DNA of 64,000 bases from an uncultured Candidatus Saccharibacteria bacterium (lineage in GTDB: Bacteria > Patescibacteriota > Saccharimonadia > Saccharimonadales > JAGQNK01). Both the position numbers and the translations under genes were made by a program. The notes beneath the pieces were generated by a model. The model was not told the DNA's origin. It ran no database searches and saw only the letters and a list, made by a program, of their open reading frames with translations. Of the stretch, positions 1-8,997 are shown in pieces; within the stretch, counting starts at the first letter, position 1, and every line of letters begins with the position of its first letter. The stretch covers positions 41,687 to 105,686 of the forward strand of contig CAZWRG010000001.1 of NCBI GenBank assembly GCA_964636355.1. The letters are read 5' to 3'.

Positions 1-112
1 TGGCTTGCCGGCCCTGAAACGTAATCGCCACCATCACGAAAAGCGCCGTCGTAACGGCCAGAAAAATCATGACCTCTAAAATGGTGTATCCTTGCGGCTG
101 CCCGCGCTTCAT
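1..112 (-). CDS. Type IV minor pilin / prepilin-type N-terminal protein (partial, runs off window start)
   Basis: Manual translation MKRGQPQG|YTILEVMIFLAVTTALFVMVAITFQGRQA shows a class III signal peptide (G|YTxxE plus hydrophobic helix); lies downstream of pilD. Confidence 0.85.
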   Translation of the reverse strand, partial: MKRGQPQGYTILEVMIFLAVTTALFVMVAITFQGRQA

Positions 113-170
113 AATACCAAGTATATAGCATAAGCGTTTAAATCAACAGGGGTTTTGTGGTGGGTTTAGG

Positions 171-998
171 CTAGATGATCAAGCCTAAATACCAGTCAAT
201 AAGCTGTCCGCCAAACAGAAATACGATAACTGTCGCGGCTAGTAAGAACGGTCCAAAAGGCAGCCTCGACGATAAATCAAGCGATTTTTTACGCAACAGC
301 GGCACGGCGGCAATAGTTCCCATAACAGAGGCTAGAAAAATAATCAGAATACTTTTTATAGGGTCGGCTATTAAAATTCCAATGACAAACCCTAGTTTTA
401 CATCGCCGCCGCCAATCCATTTGCCGTCCGAGATTTTAAATAGAGCATAAAACAACCCGCCGATTGCCAAAAAACCGCCGATCACACCAGAAACAACTCC
501 CAGAAGATCTCCAGTGGCTAGGACCCTTAAAGCCTGATACAAAATTGCCAAGCCAATCAGTGGAAAAACAATTTTATCCGGCAGCAACATCCAGCGAAAG
601 TCGTAGACCGCCAGCGCCATAAAAGCAACTACAAACACCAGCCATAACCCGAATTGGAAGATAGAATATGGAAAGTGGAAGATTGGGAAATAGGCATAAG
701 ACAATACAAACAAACCGGCTGTAATTAGCTCCACAACCGGATATTGCCAACTGATTGGTTTTTTGCAGTATCGGCACTTGCCCGCTAAACTTAACCAACT
801 TATTACCGGCAACAGATCATACCAAGCCAACGGATGCTTACAATTAACACACATTGACCGACCACGAGCAATAGACAATGCTTGTTTTTGCTTTTTAGAA
901 AGCTTTTTAGCGGTCTCCTGCTGACGCAATCGCCAAACTGCAGCATTAACAAAACTCCCCCACGCCAGTCCAAGTAATGCCAGAATAAAGATAACCAT
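171..998 (-). CDS. pilD: Prepilin peptidase / N-methyltransferase (peptidase A24)
   Basis: GSFVNA, RSMCVNC..GKCRYC zinc motifs, YD and GGGDVKL catalytic aspartates, LPFGPFL C-terminus. Confidence 0.96.
   Translation of the reverse strand: MVIFILALLGLAWGSFVNAAVWRLRQQETAKKLSKKQKQALSIARGRSMCVNCKHPLAWYDLLPVISWLSLAGKCRYCKKPISWQYPVVELITAGLFVLSYAYFPIFHFPYSIFQFGLWLVFVVAFMALAVYDFRWMLLPDKIVFPLIGLAILYQALRVLATGDLLGVVSGVIGGFLAIGGLFYALFKISDGKWIGGGDVKLGFVIGILIADPIKSILIIFLASVMGTIAAVPLLRKKSLDLSSRLPFGPFLLAATVIVFLFGGQLIDWYLGLII
654..688. repeat. Degenerate heptamer array inside pilD
   Basis: ttggaag atagaat atggaaa gtggaag attggga; encodes PIFHFPYSIFQ on the minus strand. Confidence 0.6.
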
Positions 999-1013
999 TA
1001 TTCCTCATATAAT

Positions 1014-1047
1014 AACAGAACAGCCCTTGAATAAGAGCTGTTCTGTT
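1014..1047 (-). terminator. Hairpin, probable intrinsic terminator after the major pilin gene
   Basis: aacagaacagccctt-gaat-aagagctgttctgtt, a 15-bp stem with one G-U pair on the minus strand. Confidence 0.75.
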
Positions 1048-1079
1048 TAATTGTTTGGTCTAAAAAATTCAGCTGCTGC

Positions 1080-1568
1080 TTAAGTTGCCTGGCATTGCTT
1101 AGTGCCAATCTCTAGGGTATATAGAGCAACTACACTCCTTGCACTTGCCCCTTGAGTAGTAGCGTTACCGGTTGTTCCGTCACACCTTGCACCCGATCTA
1201 AGCACTACTGTATCAGTGGTCGTGTTATTTGCTGCTGCATTCTGATCCCATGAAATTGACGTACCGGCTGCCTTACAATAATAACCGCCTGGTGCGCTCA
1301 CTGGCTGTGTATTATTTCCGCCACTTATTGCCATTTCCCCAAAACAAACAGCATTAGTTGGAAGCTGCCCATTGTTATTGGTTGAATATTCAGTTACTAT
1401 GCTGAGTAATTTACCAACATCATCACGGCGTTGGGTGTTGCGGCTGTTTCGCTGCAAGGCTGGTACAGCCAGGAAGACGATTAGCATGATTAGACCGGCA
1501 ATGGCCAGTACGATTAGAACTTCGATGATGGTAAAGCCCTTTTGTTGTTTGCTTAGTTTTTTGTTCAT
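1080..1568 (-). CDS. pilA: Type IV major pilin (PilA-like)
   Basis: KG|FTIIEVLIVLAIAGLIMLIVFLAVPALQRNSRNTQR class III signal; C-terminal cysteines; has its own terminator. Confidence 0.9.
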   Translation of the reverse strand: MNKKLSKQQKGFTIIEVLIVLAIAGLIMLIVFLAVPALQRNSRNTQRRDDVGKLLSIVTEYSTNNNGQLPTNAVCFGEMAISGGNNTQPVSAPGGYYCKAAGTSISWDQNAAANNTTTDTVVLRSGARCDGTTGNATTQGASARSVVALYTLEIGTKQCQAT

Positions 1569-1716
1569 AGTGTTTTATGCCCCCTTGGAACACTATTAAA
1601 TATTACTTATGAACTAATGATAATCCGTTGCCTCTAAAAGCACAAGCATTTTGTTATAAAACAGAGGAAAAACGGTGGAAAACTTTTGAGCTTTGGCCTG
1701 CTAATAGTTTCTGATG

Positions 1717-2943
1717 TTAAATACTTATGCCCTGTCCGGCCAGGCTATAAACCGGCAGTAACACTGCAGCCACGATGATAAAGGCGAATATTCCCAGCAA
1801 AACCATCATAATTGGCTCGATTACTGTAGAAATTGTTTTTATCTGGTTGTCTACTTCTTTTTCGTAGTAATCGGCAATTTTGTTCATCATTTCCTCGATT
1901 GCACCAGATTGTTCGCCAATCCTAAGCATTTCTGGGACCAGACTTAGGAAATGCGGGTCATCGGTGATCGAATCAGATAGCGCCTTACCGCCTTTGACTT
2001 TCTCAATCGCTGCGTGAAGCGATTTTTCGATATGCATGTTATCAATTGCATCTGAGGTAATTTCCAGCATTTGAATCAGCGGCACACCGCTAGCTACCAA
2101 AGTTGTGCCGGTTCTGGCAAACCTAGCCATATACATTTTCATAAACAGTGGCCCAACAAGCGGCGCCTTCATCTTAAATTTATCAATATAGCGCTTACCG
2201 CCCAGCGTCCGCGCCCATCGACTAATAAAGAATCCGCCCACAATCACTAGAATCAGCAGAATATACCAATAGTTGGTTATCAGAGCTGATATGGCCAATA
2301 AGAATCTGGTGACTAGCGGCAACTGCGCGCCACTGCCAAGCCCTTCGTATAATTCCTCCACCTGAGGCATAACTTTTACCAACATAAAACCGACTACCGC
2401 GCCCATGACAACCAAAACGATGATTGGATAAACCATCGCGCCGCGCACCTTGCTGATAAGTTCGGCATCTTTTTCTTGCTGATCAGCTAATCGGATTAAG
2501 GCCTTATCGAGTGTTCCGGAGGTTTCCCCGGCAGCAATCAGGCTGACATAAACCCGATTAAATACCAGCGGGTATTTTCCTAGCGCCACTGAAAGCGCCG
2601 AACCAGCCTCAATATCAGTGATTACCTGATAAATAATAACCTTGAAAGCTTTGTTCTGGGTCTGACTGGCCACCGAACGCAGCGATTGGACCAGCGGCAA
2701 ACCGGCGTTTATCAGAGTGGAAAGTTGTCTAGAGAATAAGATTTTGTCTTTGGCACTGATTCGGTTCCGGAACTTTTCAATTGGATTACTGGTCGCGCCG
2801 GCGCCGATTGGCTTGATTTCCAGGGGTGCTAAACCTTGTTCATGTAAACGCTTGGCAGCCGCTTGTTCGCTGGCGGCTTGAATCTCAGACGTAACCTTTT
2901 TACCGGTAGCTGTATCACGCGCAGTGTACTTATAGGTTAACAT
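1717..2943 (-). CDS. pilC: Type IV pilus inner-membrane platform protein (PilC/GspF)
   Basis: FSRQLSTLINAGLPL, GETSGTLD, AMVYP, GEQSGAIEEM, EPIMMV motifs in two T2SSF repeats. Confidence 0.96.
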   Translation of the reverse strand: MLTYKYTARDTATGKKVTSEIQAASEQAAAKRLHEQGLAPLEIKPIGAGATSNPIEKFRNRISAKDKILFSRQLSTLINAGLPLVQSLRSVASQTQNKAFKVIIYQVITDIEAGSALSVALGKYPLVFNRVYVSLIAAGETSGTLDKALIRLADQQEKDAELISKVRGAMVYPIIVLVVMGAVVGFMLVKVMPQVEELYEGLGSGAQLPLVTRFLLAISALITNYWYILLILVIVGGFFISRWARTLGGKRYIDKFKMKAPLVGPLFMKMYMARFARTGTTLVASGVPLIQMLEITSDAIDNMHIEKSLHAAIEKVKGGKALSDSITDDPHFLSLVPEMLRIGEQSGAIEEMMNKIADYYEKEVDNQIKTISTVIEPIMMVLLGIFAFIIVAAVLLPVYSLAGQGISI

Positions 2944-2966
2944 TTTGGAATCTCCAAAATGTTAAC
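2936..2966. promoter_or_regulatory. Perfect 14-bp inverted repeat covering the pilC RBS and start codon
   Basis: gttaacattttgga-atc-tccaaaatgttaac. Confidence 0.7.
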
Positions 2967-3047
2967 AGTCACTAGTCGATTGTCGCTAGTTATTAGGGAG
3001 ATGTTGTCTGTCAGTGACTGGTGACTGGTGACTGGTGACTGGTGACT
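2967..3047. repeat. Inverted heptamer arrays between pilT and pilC
   Basis: agtcact agtcgat tgtcgct agttatt ... agtgact (ggtgact)x4; the two arms are reverse complements. Confidence 0.85.
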
Positions 3048-3057
3048 ATTTTTCATC

Positions 3058-4125
3058 CTAGCCTCTCATTAATCGATCAAGCTCATCAATATCAACGGCG
3101 ATCATTCTAGCCTCGTCATAGGTAATTGTACCGTTATGGATCATCGAAACTAGCGTCTTGTCCATCGATTGCATGCCAAATTCAGCGCCAGTTTGAATAA
3201 CCGCCTCTAGCTGATGACTCTTGCCTTCGCGGATAATGTTACGCACTGCTGGTGTAGCCACCAGGATTTCAGCCGCTGCCACTCGGCCGCCGCCAATTGT
3301 TGGCACCAGCCTTTGGGCACAAATCGCTACTAAAATATTTGATAACTGAGCCCGAATTTGCGGTTGCTGATGCGGCGGGAAAACGTCGATCATACGATCA
3401 ATACTTTGCGAAGCTGAGTTAGTGTGCAGCGTAGCAAACACTAAGTGTCCGGTTTCGGCGATAGTAATAGCCGCCGCGATAGTTTCAAGATCACGCATCT
3501 CACCAATCAATACAACGTCAGGGTCCTGCCTCAAGCTGCTGCGCAGTGCCGCTGAGAACGAATAAGTATCGTAGTGAACTTCACGCTGTACAATGACTGA
3601 TTTTTTAGAGGTGTGAGTAAACTCGATGGGGTCTTCGATGGTAACAATATGAGCCGCTCGCTCCATGTTTATTTTATTAATTAACGCCGCTAAAGTGGTT
3701 GATTTACCAGAGCCGGTTGGCCCGGTTACCAGCACCAAACCTCTCGGATAATCAGCAAATTTATTGACTACCGGCGGCAAACCGAGTTGCTCGATAGTCA
3801 GCATTTCATTCGGAATCAAACGCAGAGCAGCCGCTAAGTTGCCGCGCTCATGAAAAGCGTTTACTCGAAAACGCCCCAGATCACCAAAGGCAAAGCTAAA
3901 ATCAAACTCTTTGTCTTTTAATAGAATTTGTTTCTGATCTTCGTCTAAAATTGCAAAAATCAGCGCTTCAACTGCTTCTTCAGTTAAAACTTCTGTTCCG
4001 GAAGCCGGAGCCAAAGTTCCGTCAACTCGGATCATTGGCGGTAAGCCAACTTGAATGTGAAGGTCGGAGGCCTTCTTTTTTATAACTTCTTCGAGGAGAA
4101 TCTCGATGCGAGGCTGTGCTTGCAT
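3058..4125 (-). CDS. pilT: Type IV pilus retraction ATPase PilT
   Basis: ASDLHI, Walker A GPTGSGKST, TIEDPIE, SLRQDPDVVLIGEMRD, AVRNIIREGK; start moved to ATG at 4125 to avoid overlap with pilB. Confidence 0.96.
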   Translation of the reverse strand: MQAQPRIEILLEEVIKKKASDLHIQVGLPPMIRVDGTLAPASGTEVLTEEAVEALIFAILDEDQKQILLKDKEFDFSFAFGDLGRFRVNAFHERGNLAAALRLIPNEMLTIEQLGLPPVVNKFADYPRGLVLVTGPTGSGKSTTLAALINKINMERAAHIVTIEDPIEFTHTSKKSVIVQREVHYDTYSFSAALRSSLRQDPDVVLIGEMRDLETIAAAITIAETGHLVFATLHTNSASQSIDRMIDVFPPHQQPQIRAQLSNILVAICAQRLVPTIGGGRVAAAEILVATPAVRNIIREGKSHQLEAVIQTGAEFGMQSMDKTLVSMIHNGTITYDEARMIAVDIDELDRLMRG

Positions 4126-4138
4126 ATCCACCCTTTTC

Positions 4139-5929
4139 TCACGCGCTGTCCGCGGCAGCAACGCGATTTACTTCTGTTAATGTTGTATAGCCTGCCAAGG
4201 CTTTCAGATATCCATCTTCTCTCATGCTGATCATACCTTCGGCGGATGCTACTTTTTGTATTTCCGCGCTTGTTGATCGTTTTAAGATTAGATCTTGGAC
4301 TGCCTGAGTTACTTCAAAGACTTCATACAAGCCAAGTCTACCCTTATAACCGCCTGGAGACGAAGGACTATCTATGCCCTTATATAAAGTATAAGCGCTT
4401 TGGCCTCTTAGTGGCAAGTTCTGATATCCCAAGTCTTTAGAAACCGCCTCTACATCTTCTGGTTTTTCAGGCAATAAATGACCGACTGTGGCGTTAATCG
4501 CCTCTGTTTCCGCCGCGTCACTTTGATACGGTTCTTTATCTTTTTCATTTATTCTACGAACCAGTCGCTGACCAATAACCGTCCGGACGGTGCTGGCAAT
4601 CAGAAACGGCTCAATGCCCATATCTAAAAGTCGCGGCAAAATTCCCGCCGCTGAGTTGGTGTGCAGCGTACTAAACACTAGGTGACCGGTTAAAGCCGCC
4701 TGCACGCCGAGCTGAGCGGTCTCTTTGTCACGAATCTCACCAACCATCACCACGTCTGGATCTTGACGAAGAATAGATCTCAGCCCCGAGGCAAAAGTTA
4801 ACCCTACATCGGCATTAACCTGAATTTGATTGATTCCGGCAACTTTGTATTCGACCGGGTCTTCGAGCGTCACAATATTTATTGACTCGTCTTTTATCTC
4901 TTGAAGCAGCGCGTACATCGAAGTTGATTTACCAGAGCCGGTTGGTCCAGAGGTCAAAATCATACCGTTGGAATTGGTCAAACCGTGTCTAATCAGTCTC
5001 AGAGCCCGGCCACGATAACCCATATCTTCTAATTTCAAACTGGTTCCGGACTTATCCAATAACCTGATGACCACTTGCTCACCCCAAACTACTGGAGAAA
5101 TCGCGATACGTAGATCGATATCCCGGCCATCAACATGAATCGTAAACTGGCCGTCCTGGGGGATGCGATGTTCATCGATCTTCAGATTGGCCAAAATTTT
5201 AATACGCGACACCAGCGGCGGCTCGGTAGCCTTTGGTAATTTCATGATTTCTCGCAACACACCATCAATCCGGCAACGAATCTTTAACTCGTTCTCCAGA
5301 GGTTCAATGTGAATATCGCTGGCCCGGTTCTTAGCGGCGTACTCCAAAATCGCTGAAAGCGCCTTGCTGATCGGTGAATCCTGGACGACATTTTGAATAT
5401 CAACCTTACCAGTGTCTTTTTTCTTGGTCAGCTCCTCAACATCCTTGGCGTTTTCTAAAACATCGGTCATTTCCTGGCCGATAGTCGCGCCATCATATTG
5501 ACTTAGAACTTCTCTAATTCCCTCTTCGCTGGCCGCGTAAACTTTAAGCGGCCGACCGATTTTGTTAGACAAGAAATCAACTGCCTGAACGTTATTAGCA
5601 TCGAGCATCGCGACCACTAAGCGGCGCTGCATTTCACCAAGCGGCACCGCCATGTAGCGCTCGGCAACTTCCTTTGGCAGCAGTGATAGAACCTGCGGCT
5701 CAATCTTGGCATTGGTCAAATTGACATACGGTAATTTGGTTACATGGGCGATGGTTTTAGTGAGTTGCTCATTAGAAATATGACCTTCGCTGATAAGCAG
5801 GCTAAAAAATGGCAATTTTTCCTGATCAGCTTTTTGCTTAACGGCTTTTAATTTTTCAGTCGTAATTAACTTCTCAGCTACCAGCTTGTCTTCGACTTCT
5901 TTCTGGTTTTCTGCCGATAAAACACTCAT
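4139..5929 (-). CDS. pilB: Type IV pilus assembly ATPase PilB (GspE/PulE family)
   Basis: ASDIHIEP, RIPQDG, GPTGSGKST, LRQDPDVVMVGEIRD, GYKGRLG. Confidence 0.96.
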   Translation of the reverse strand: MSVLSAENQKEVEDKLVAEKLITTEKLKAVKQKADQEKLPFFSLLISEGHISNEQLTKTIAHVTKLPYVNLTNAKIEPQVLSLLPKEVAERYMAVPLGEMQRRLVVAMLDANNVQAVDFLSNKIGRPLKVYAASEEGIREVLSQYDGATIGQEMTDVLENAKDVEELTKKKDTGKVDIQNVVQDSPISKALSAILEYAAKNRASDIHIEPLENELKIRCRIDGVLREIMKLPKATEPPLVSRIKILANLKIDEHRIPQDGQFTIHVDGRDIDLRIAISPVVWGEQVVIRLLDKSGTSLKLEDMGYRGRALRLIRHGLTNSNGMILTSGPTGSGKSTSMYALLQEIKDESINIVTLEDPVEYKVAGINQIQVNADVGLTFASGLRSILRQDPDVVMVGEIRDKETAQLGVQAALTGHLVFSTLHTNSAAGILPRLLDMGIEPFLIASTVRTVIGQRLVRRINEKDKEPYQSDAAETEAINATVGHLLPEKPEDVEAVSKDLGYQNLPLRGQSAYTLYKGIDSPSSPGGYKGRLGLYEVFEVTQAVQDLILKRSTSAEIQKVASAEGMISMREDGYLKALAGYTTLTEVNRVAAADSA

Positions 5930-5979
5930 AAACTATCCCTCTTTCGCTGTTTGGTCGCCCGGCACACGCTAGATCTCCC

Positions 5980-6225
5980 TTAATTGGCAGATTTTATCGG
6001 TGTATCGTTTCGGTCGTCGCCGATTCGAATCAACTGGGTAGGATTAATTGAATTTCCGTTAAAATACTCTTTGCTGGGCTCGTTGAAATCAGCAGTGATC
6101 GGCTCAACTTTAGCGGCTTTTTCGTTTTTCTCTGGTGATGAAATGAAATTATTAGAGATAAAGAACGACAAAACTCCGCTAATAAATACAATGATAATAA
6201 TTAGTGCGATGTCTTTTTGTTTCAC
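5980..6225 (-). CDS. Small single-TM pilus-locus protein (in the position usually taken by PilP)
   Basis: N-terminal TM helix; translationally coupled to the upstream gene within the pil operon. Confidence 0.7.
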   Translation of the reverse strand: MKQKDIALIIIIVFISGVLSFFISNNFISSPEKNEKAAKVEPITADFNEPSKEYFNGNSINPTQLIRIGDDRNDTPIKSAN

Positions 6226-6956
6226 TGTACGACCTCTTCAGTTATGTTTAAGGTTTTTTCCGGCTGGAAGTAGGTTTTACCATTTATACTGATCTCGACC
6301 CCGCTACCTTCTAACGCTGTAAGTGTCAGACTTTGAACATACATCGGTCTAATCGACTGCTTGAACACATCAAGCAAGTCTACAATTGAGCGATACGAGC
6401 CGCTGGCGCCAACTGTAAATGGCATATCTACCGAACTGCCAACCGTAGTTGGCTGAGTGGTTTGAGCATTTGGGGTGGCGCCAAGGGCAGCCAAACCATC
6501 CGCTGAACCCGACCCGTTTTGGGCGGCTTCGTTATCAACACCGCTGATATTGGTAATTGTATAACTTCGCTCCGCTAAAACTTTTTCTAAACTAGAGGTT
6601 AAGCCCGGAAAATCGTACTTACTAGGCAGTGCGTCAAGCACAATCTTGGCATTGTCGCCATCACGACTACCGTTTCCGGAGCTGCTGCCGTCGATTATAT
6701 TGCTCGGTCGGCTGACAAATTCTGTATAAGCGGTCTTCAGGGAATCAACTGCCTCAATGTTACTTTGAAGTTGATTACGAGCCTGCTCCTGGGCAGCAAT
6801 AACCCGCGCCTGATAACCGCGCCGGGCAATCAACGATCGTGAAGCAACCAGTGAAAAAACAGTCAAAAACGCGGCGATCGCCACAGTAATCACAATCATC
6901 GAATTAGCCTTATCAATCTGGAGTTGTTTGGTAGATATCCGCATCGATTTAGCCAT
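6222..6956 (-). CDS. pilO: PilO-like pilus alignment protein
   Basis: TM helix, coiled coil, LDALPSKYDFP, GSYRSI..L; follows pilN. Confidence 0.65.
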   Translation of the reverse strand: MAKSMRISTKQLQIDKANSMIVITVAIAAFLTVFSLVASRSLIARRGYQARVIAAQEQARNQLQSNIEAVDSLKTAYTEFVSRPSNIIDGSSSGNGSRDGDNAKIVLDALPSKYDFPGLTSSLEKVLAERSYTITNISGVDNEAAQNGSGSADGLAALGATPNAQTTQPTTVGSSVDMPFTVGASGSYRSIVDLLDVFKQSIRPMYVQSLTLTALEGSGVEISINGKTYFQPEKTLNITEEVVQ

Positions 6957-6959
6957 AAT

Positions 6960-7655
6960 TTACCTCGCCTCGCCTTCTGAATTGTCTTGCATGAATATAT
7001 CTTGGTCTGGTTTTTCCGTGCTCGACCTGGTTGTAACTGTCTTTGGAACCTCTAATTGTGGTTTCTGGGTGCTGGTAAATATCACCGGATCATAAGCTAG
7101 GGTAATTTGGTAAGTCGCTGGCCAGTCATTGTCTGCCTGGTCGCTCAAGCTGAAAGATGCCAACACCACCTGAGAAAAAGCATTGGCTGTCTGGTCGTCG
7201 GTTTTATATTTAGTGAACTTCAGAGTATCAACAAACTGGTTAACTGCTTTTAATGACTTGCCGGAACCATTGAAAGTCATGGTCCGAGCTTCAAAATCTA
7301 TATTGAGACTCGATACTGTGGTGTCTGTCGGTACTAATTGCGGCAAATAATCACCTAGTCGCTCGGCAGCCGGCTTATTTTCATGCAAGGAGTTAAGGCT
7401 TCCTAGCTGATTTTGAACTGTTAAGATTTTATTTATTTCTGGCTCGCTCTGAAGCTGCCTGCTCATACTGTCAATATCGGCCCGCAGGTTTTTCATATGG
7501 TTTTTTTGCAAAATATTAACCCCAACAAACAGAGCTATCATTATCACCAAAGATCCGCCGGCGATAATCGAAGCCGCCAGCATGACCAATCGCTTAGTGC
7601 GCCTAGCTTTGAGATATTCGATTTTTACATCTGGCAGCAGGTTAAACTGAATCAT
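6960..7655 (-). CDS. pilN: PilN-like pilus alignment protein
   Basis: MIQFNLLP PilM-binding motif, TM helix, coiled coil. Confidence 0.85.
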   Translation of the reverse strand: MIQFNLLPDVKIEYLKARRTKRLVMLAASIIAGGSLVIMIALFVGVNILQKNHMKNLRADIDSMSRQLQSEPEINKILTVQNQLGSLNSLHENKPAAERLGDYLPQLVPTDTTVSSLNIDFEARTMTFNGSGKSLKAVNQFVDTLKFTKYKTDDQTANAFSQVVLASFSLSDQADNDWPATYQITLAYDPVIFTSTQKPQLEVPKTVTTRSSTEKPDQDIFMQDNSEGEAR

Positions 7656-7768
7656 GAAACGCCTCCGGCATTACGAGCCAAAAGCGAAACGCATAAAGCA
7701 GCAAGTAGCGACCGAAAATCAGTCTTTGGCACTTTATGAACTTTGAACTTTGTGACTTTATAACTCAT

Positions 7769-8809
7769 CTATTCGATCCTCTCCGCTAGCCCGGCAGCTA
7801 CTCCAAACTGGTTAGAAACTGCCAATAGTTCATTTTGCTTATCAGCCGCGAAGCTGGTGTTTCGCCAGGCATTGCCAATCTCGACATTAACCCCAAATTT
7901 ATTAGCTAGATACAACGGGAATTCAGGCAATGACGAAGCGCCACCAGTTACAATAATTCTCTCTACCTTAGCGTCACCATAGCGAGCCTGGAAGAATTTT
8001 ATTGATTTCTCGGCCTCGCCAGCCAGCAGCTCGATAGTGTTAATAATTCCCTGGTAAATCTGGCCTTCCAGCTTTTCTTTATTCAGACCAAACTTAAACA
8101 CAAACTGTTCAGCTTGGTTTTGATCAATATTTAGATTCTGCATAGCCGCGCGAACAATTGTCTCCGATCCAGTCGGGATTGACCGTGTTAAACGCGGAGC
8201 ACCGTTCATGGCAATTACAAGATCAGTGGTCTTATAACCAATATCGAGAACCATTTGCGGCGCTGTGGCGTCTGGAGCCAACATTGCCCTGGTTAGTGCC
8301 AGATTATCCGGTTCAAAAGCAATTACATTGAGCCCAATTGACTCAAGCATATCCAGCCGTGACTCAATAAAATCATTAGGAACACTGGTCAGCAAAACTT
8401 CAACCTTGCCGCTGTCTTTTGGTGAATCACCAATAACTGCCCAGTCAATTTTAGAGGTTTCTGGCGGCGTCGGGATCAAAGAATCTGCCTGGTAATTGAT
8501 AGATTTGGTCATTTCATCCGGTGACAGCCTGTCAATATCAACTACAGTAGTAAAAACTCTTTGCGACGGCAGGCCAACCGCCACGTTTCGTGAAGTCACT
8601 CTAGCGTCAGCAATCAACCCAGCCACTGCTTGAGCTAGTTTTTGCTGGTCAGCTTTAGCATCGCTAAGAGCAATCTGCTGGTCAATCGGCGCATAAGCAT
8701 ACCTAGACAAAGCCTTAACCGGACCGCTGCCCTTAAGATCTACAAGCCTGATGGCTGTTGTGCCAATATCCAAACCAAAAAAATCAGAAACACCACTTAA
8801 TATGCTCAT
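7769..8809 (-). CDS. pilM: Type IV pilus assembly protein PilM
   Basis: FGLDIGTTAIR, LDIGYKTT, IIVTGGASSLP, actin-like fold motifs. Confidence 0.95.
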   Translation of the reverse strand: MSILSGVSDFFGLDIGTTAIRLVDLKGSGPVKALSRYAYAPIDQQIALSDAKADQQKLAQAVAGLIADARVTSRNVAVGLPSQRVFTTVVDIDRLSPDEMTKSINYQADSLIPTPPETSKIDWAVIGDSPKDSGKVEVLLTSVPNDFIESRLDMLESIGLNVIAFEPDNLALTRAMLAPDATAPQMVLDIGYKTTDLVIAMNGAPRLTRSIPTGSETIVRAAMQNLNIDQNQAEQFVFKFGLNKEKLEGQIYQGIINTIELLAGEAEKSIKFFQARYGDAKVERIIVTGGASSLPEFPLYLANKFGVNVEIGNAWRNTSFAADKQNELLAVSNQFGVAAGLAERIE

Positions 8810-8997
8810 ATTTTTTGGCTCCTGATTGATTTCTGTTTTAGCGTTGAGATTTGGTTCATATTGCCCACATTTTCTTACAGTTTTTGCTGCGCTAAGACCA
8901 TTTTTAGTTTGAATTTTGGCGCAACAATCCTATTTAACTTAAGTATACCATAAGCTTTTTGATTAAAAACAACTTTAATAACCCTGTGGAAATCTAA

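Noticed and set aside
3013-3047. (GGTGACT)n as a CRISPR array
   Set aside because: These are 7-nt units with no spacers, and there are no cas genes.
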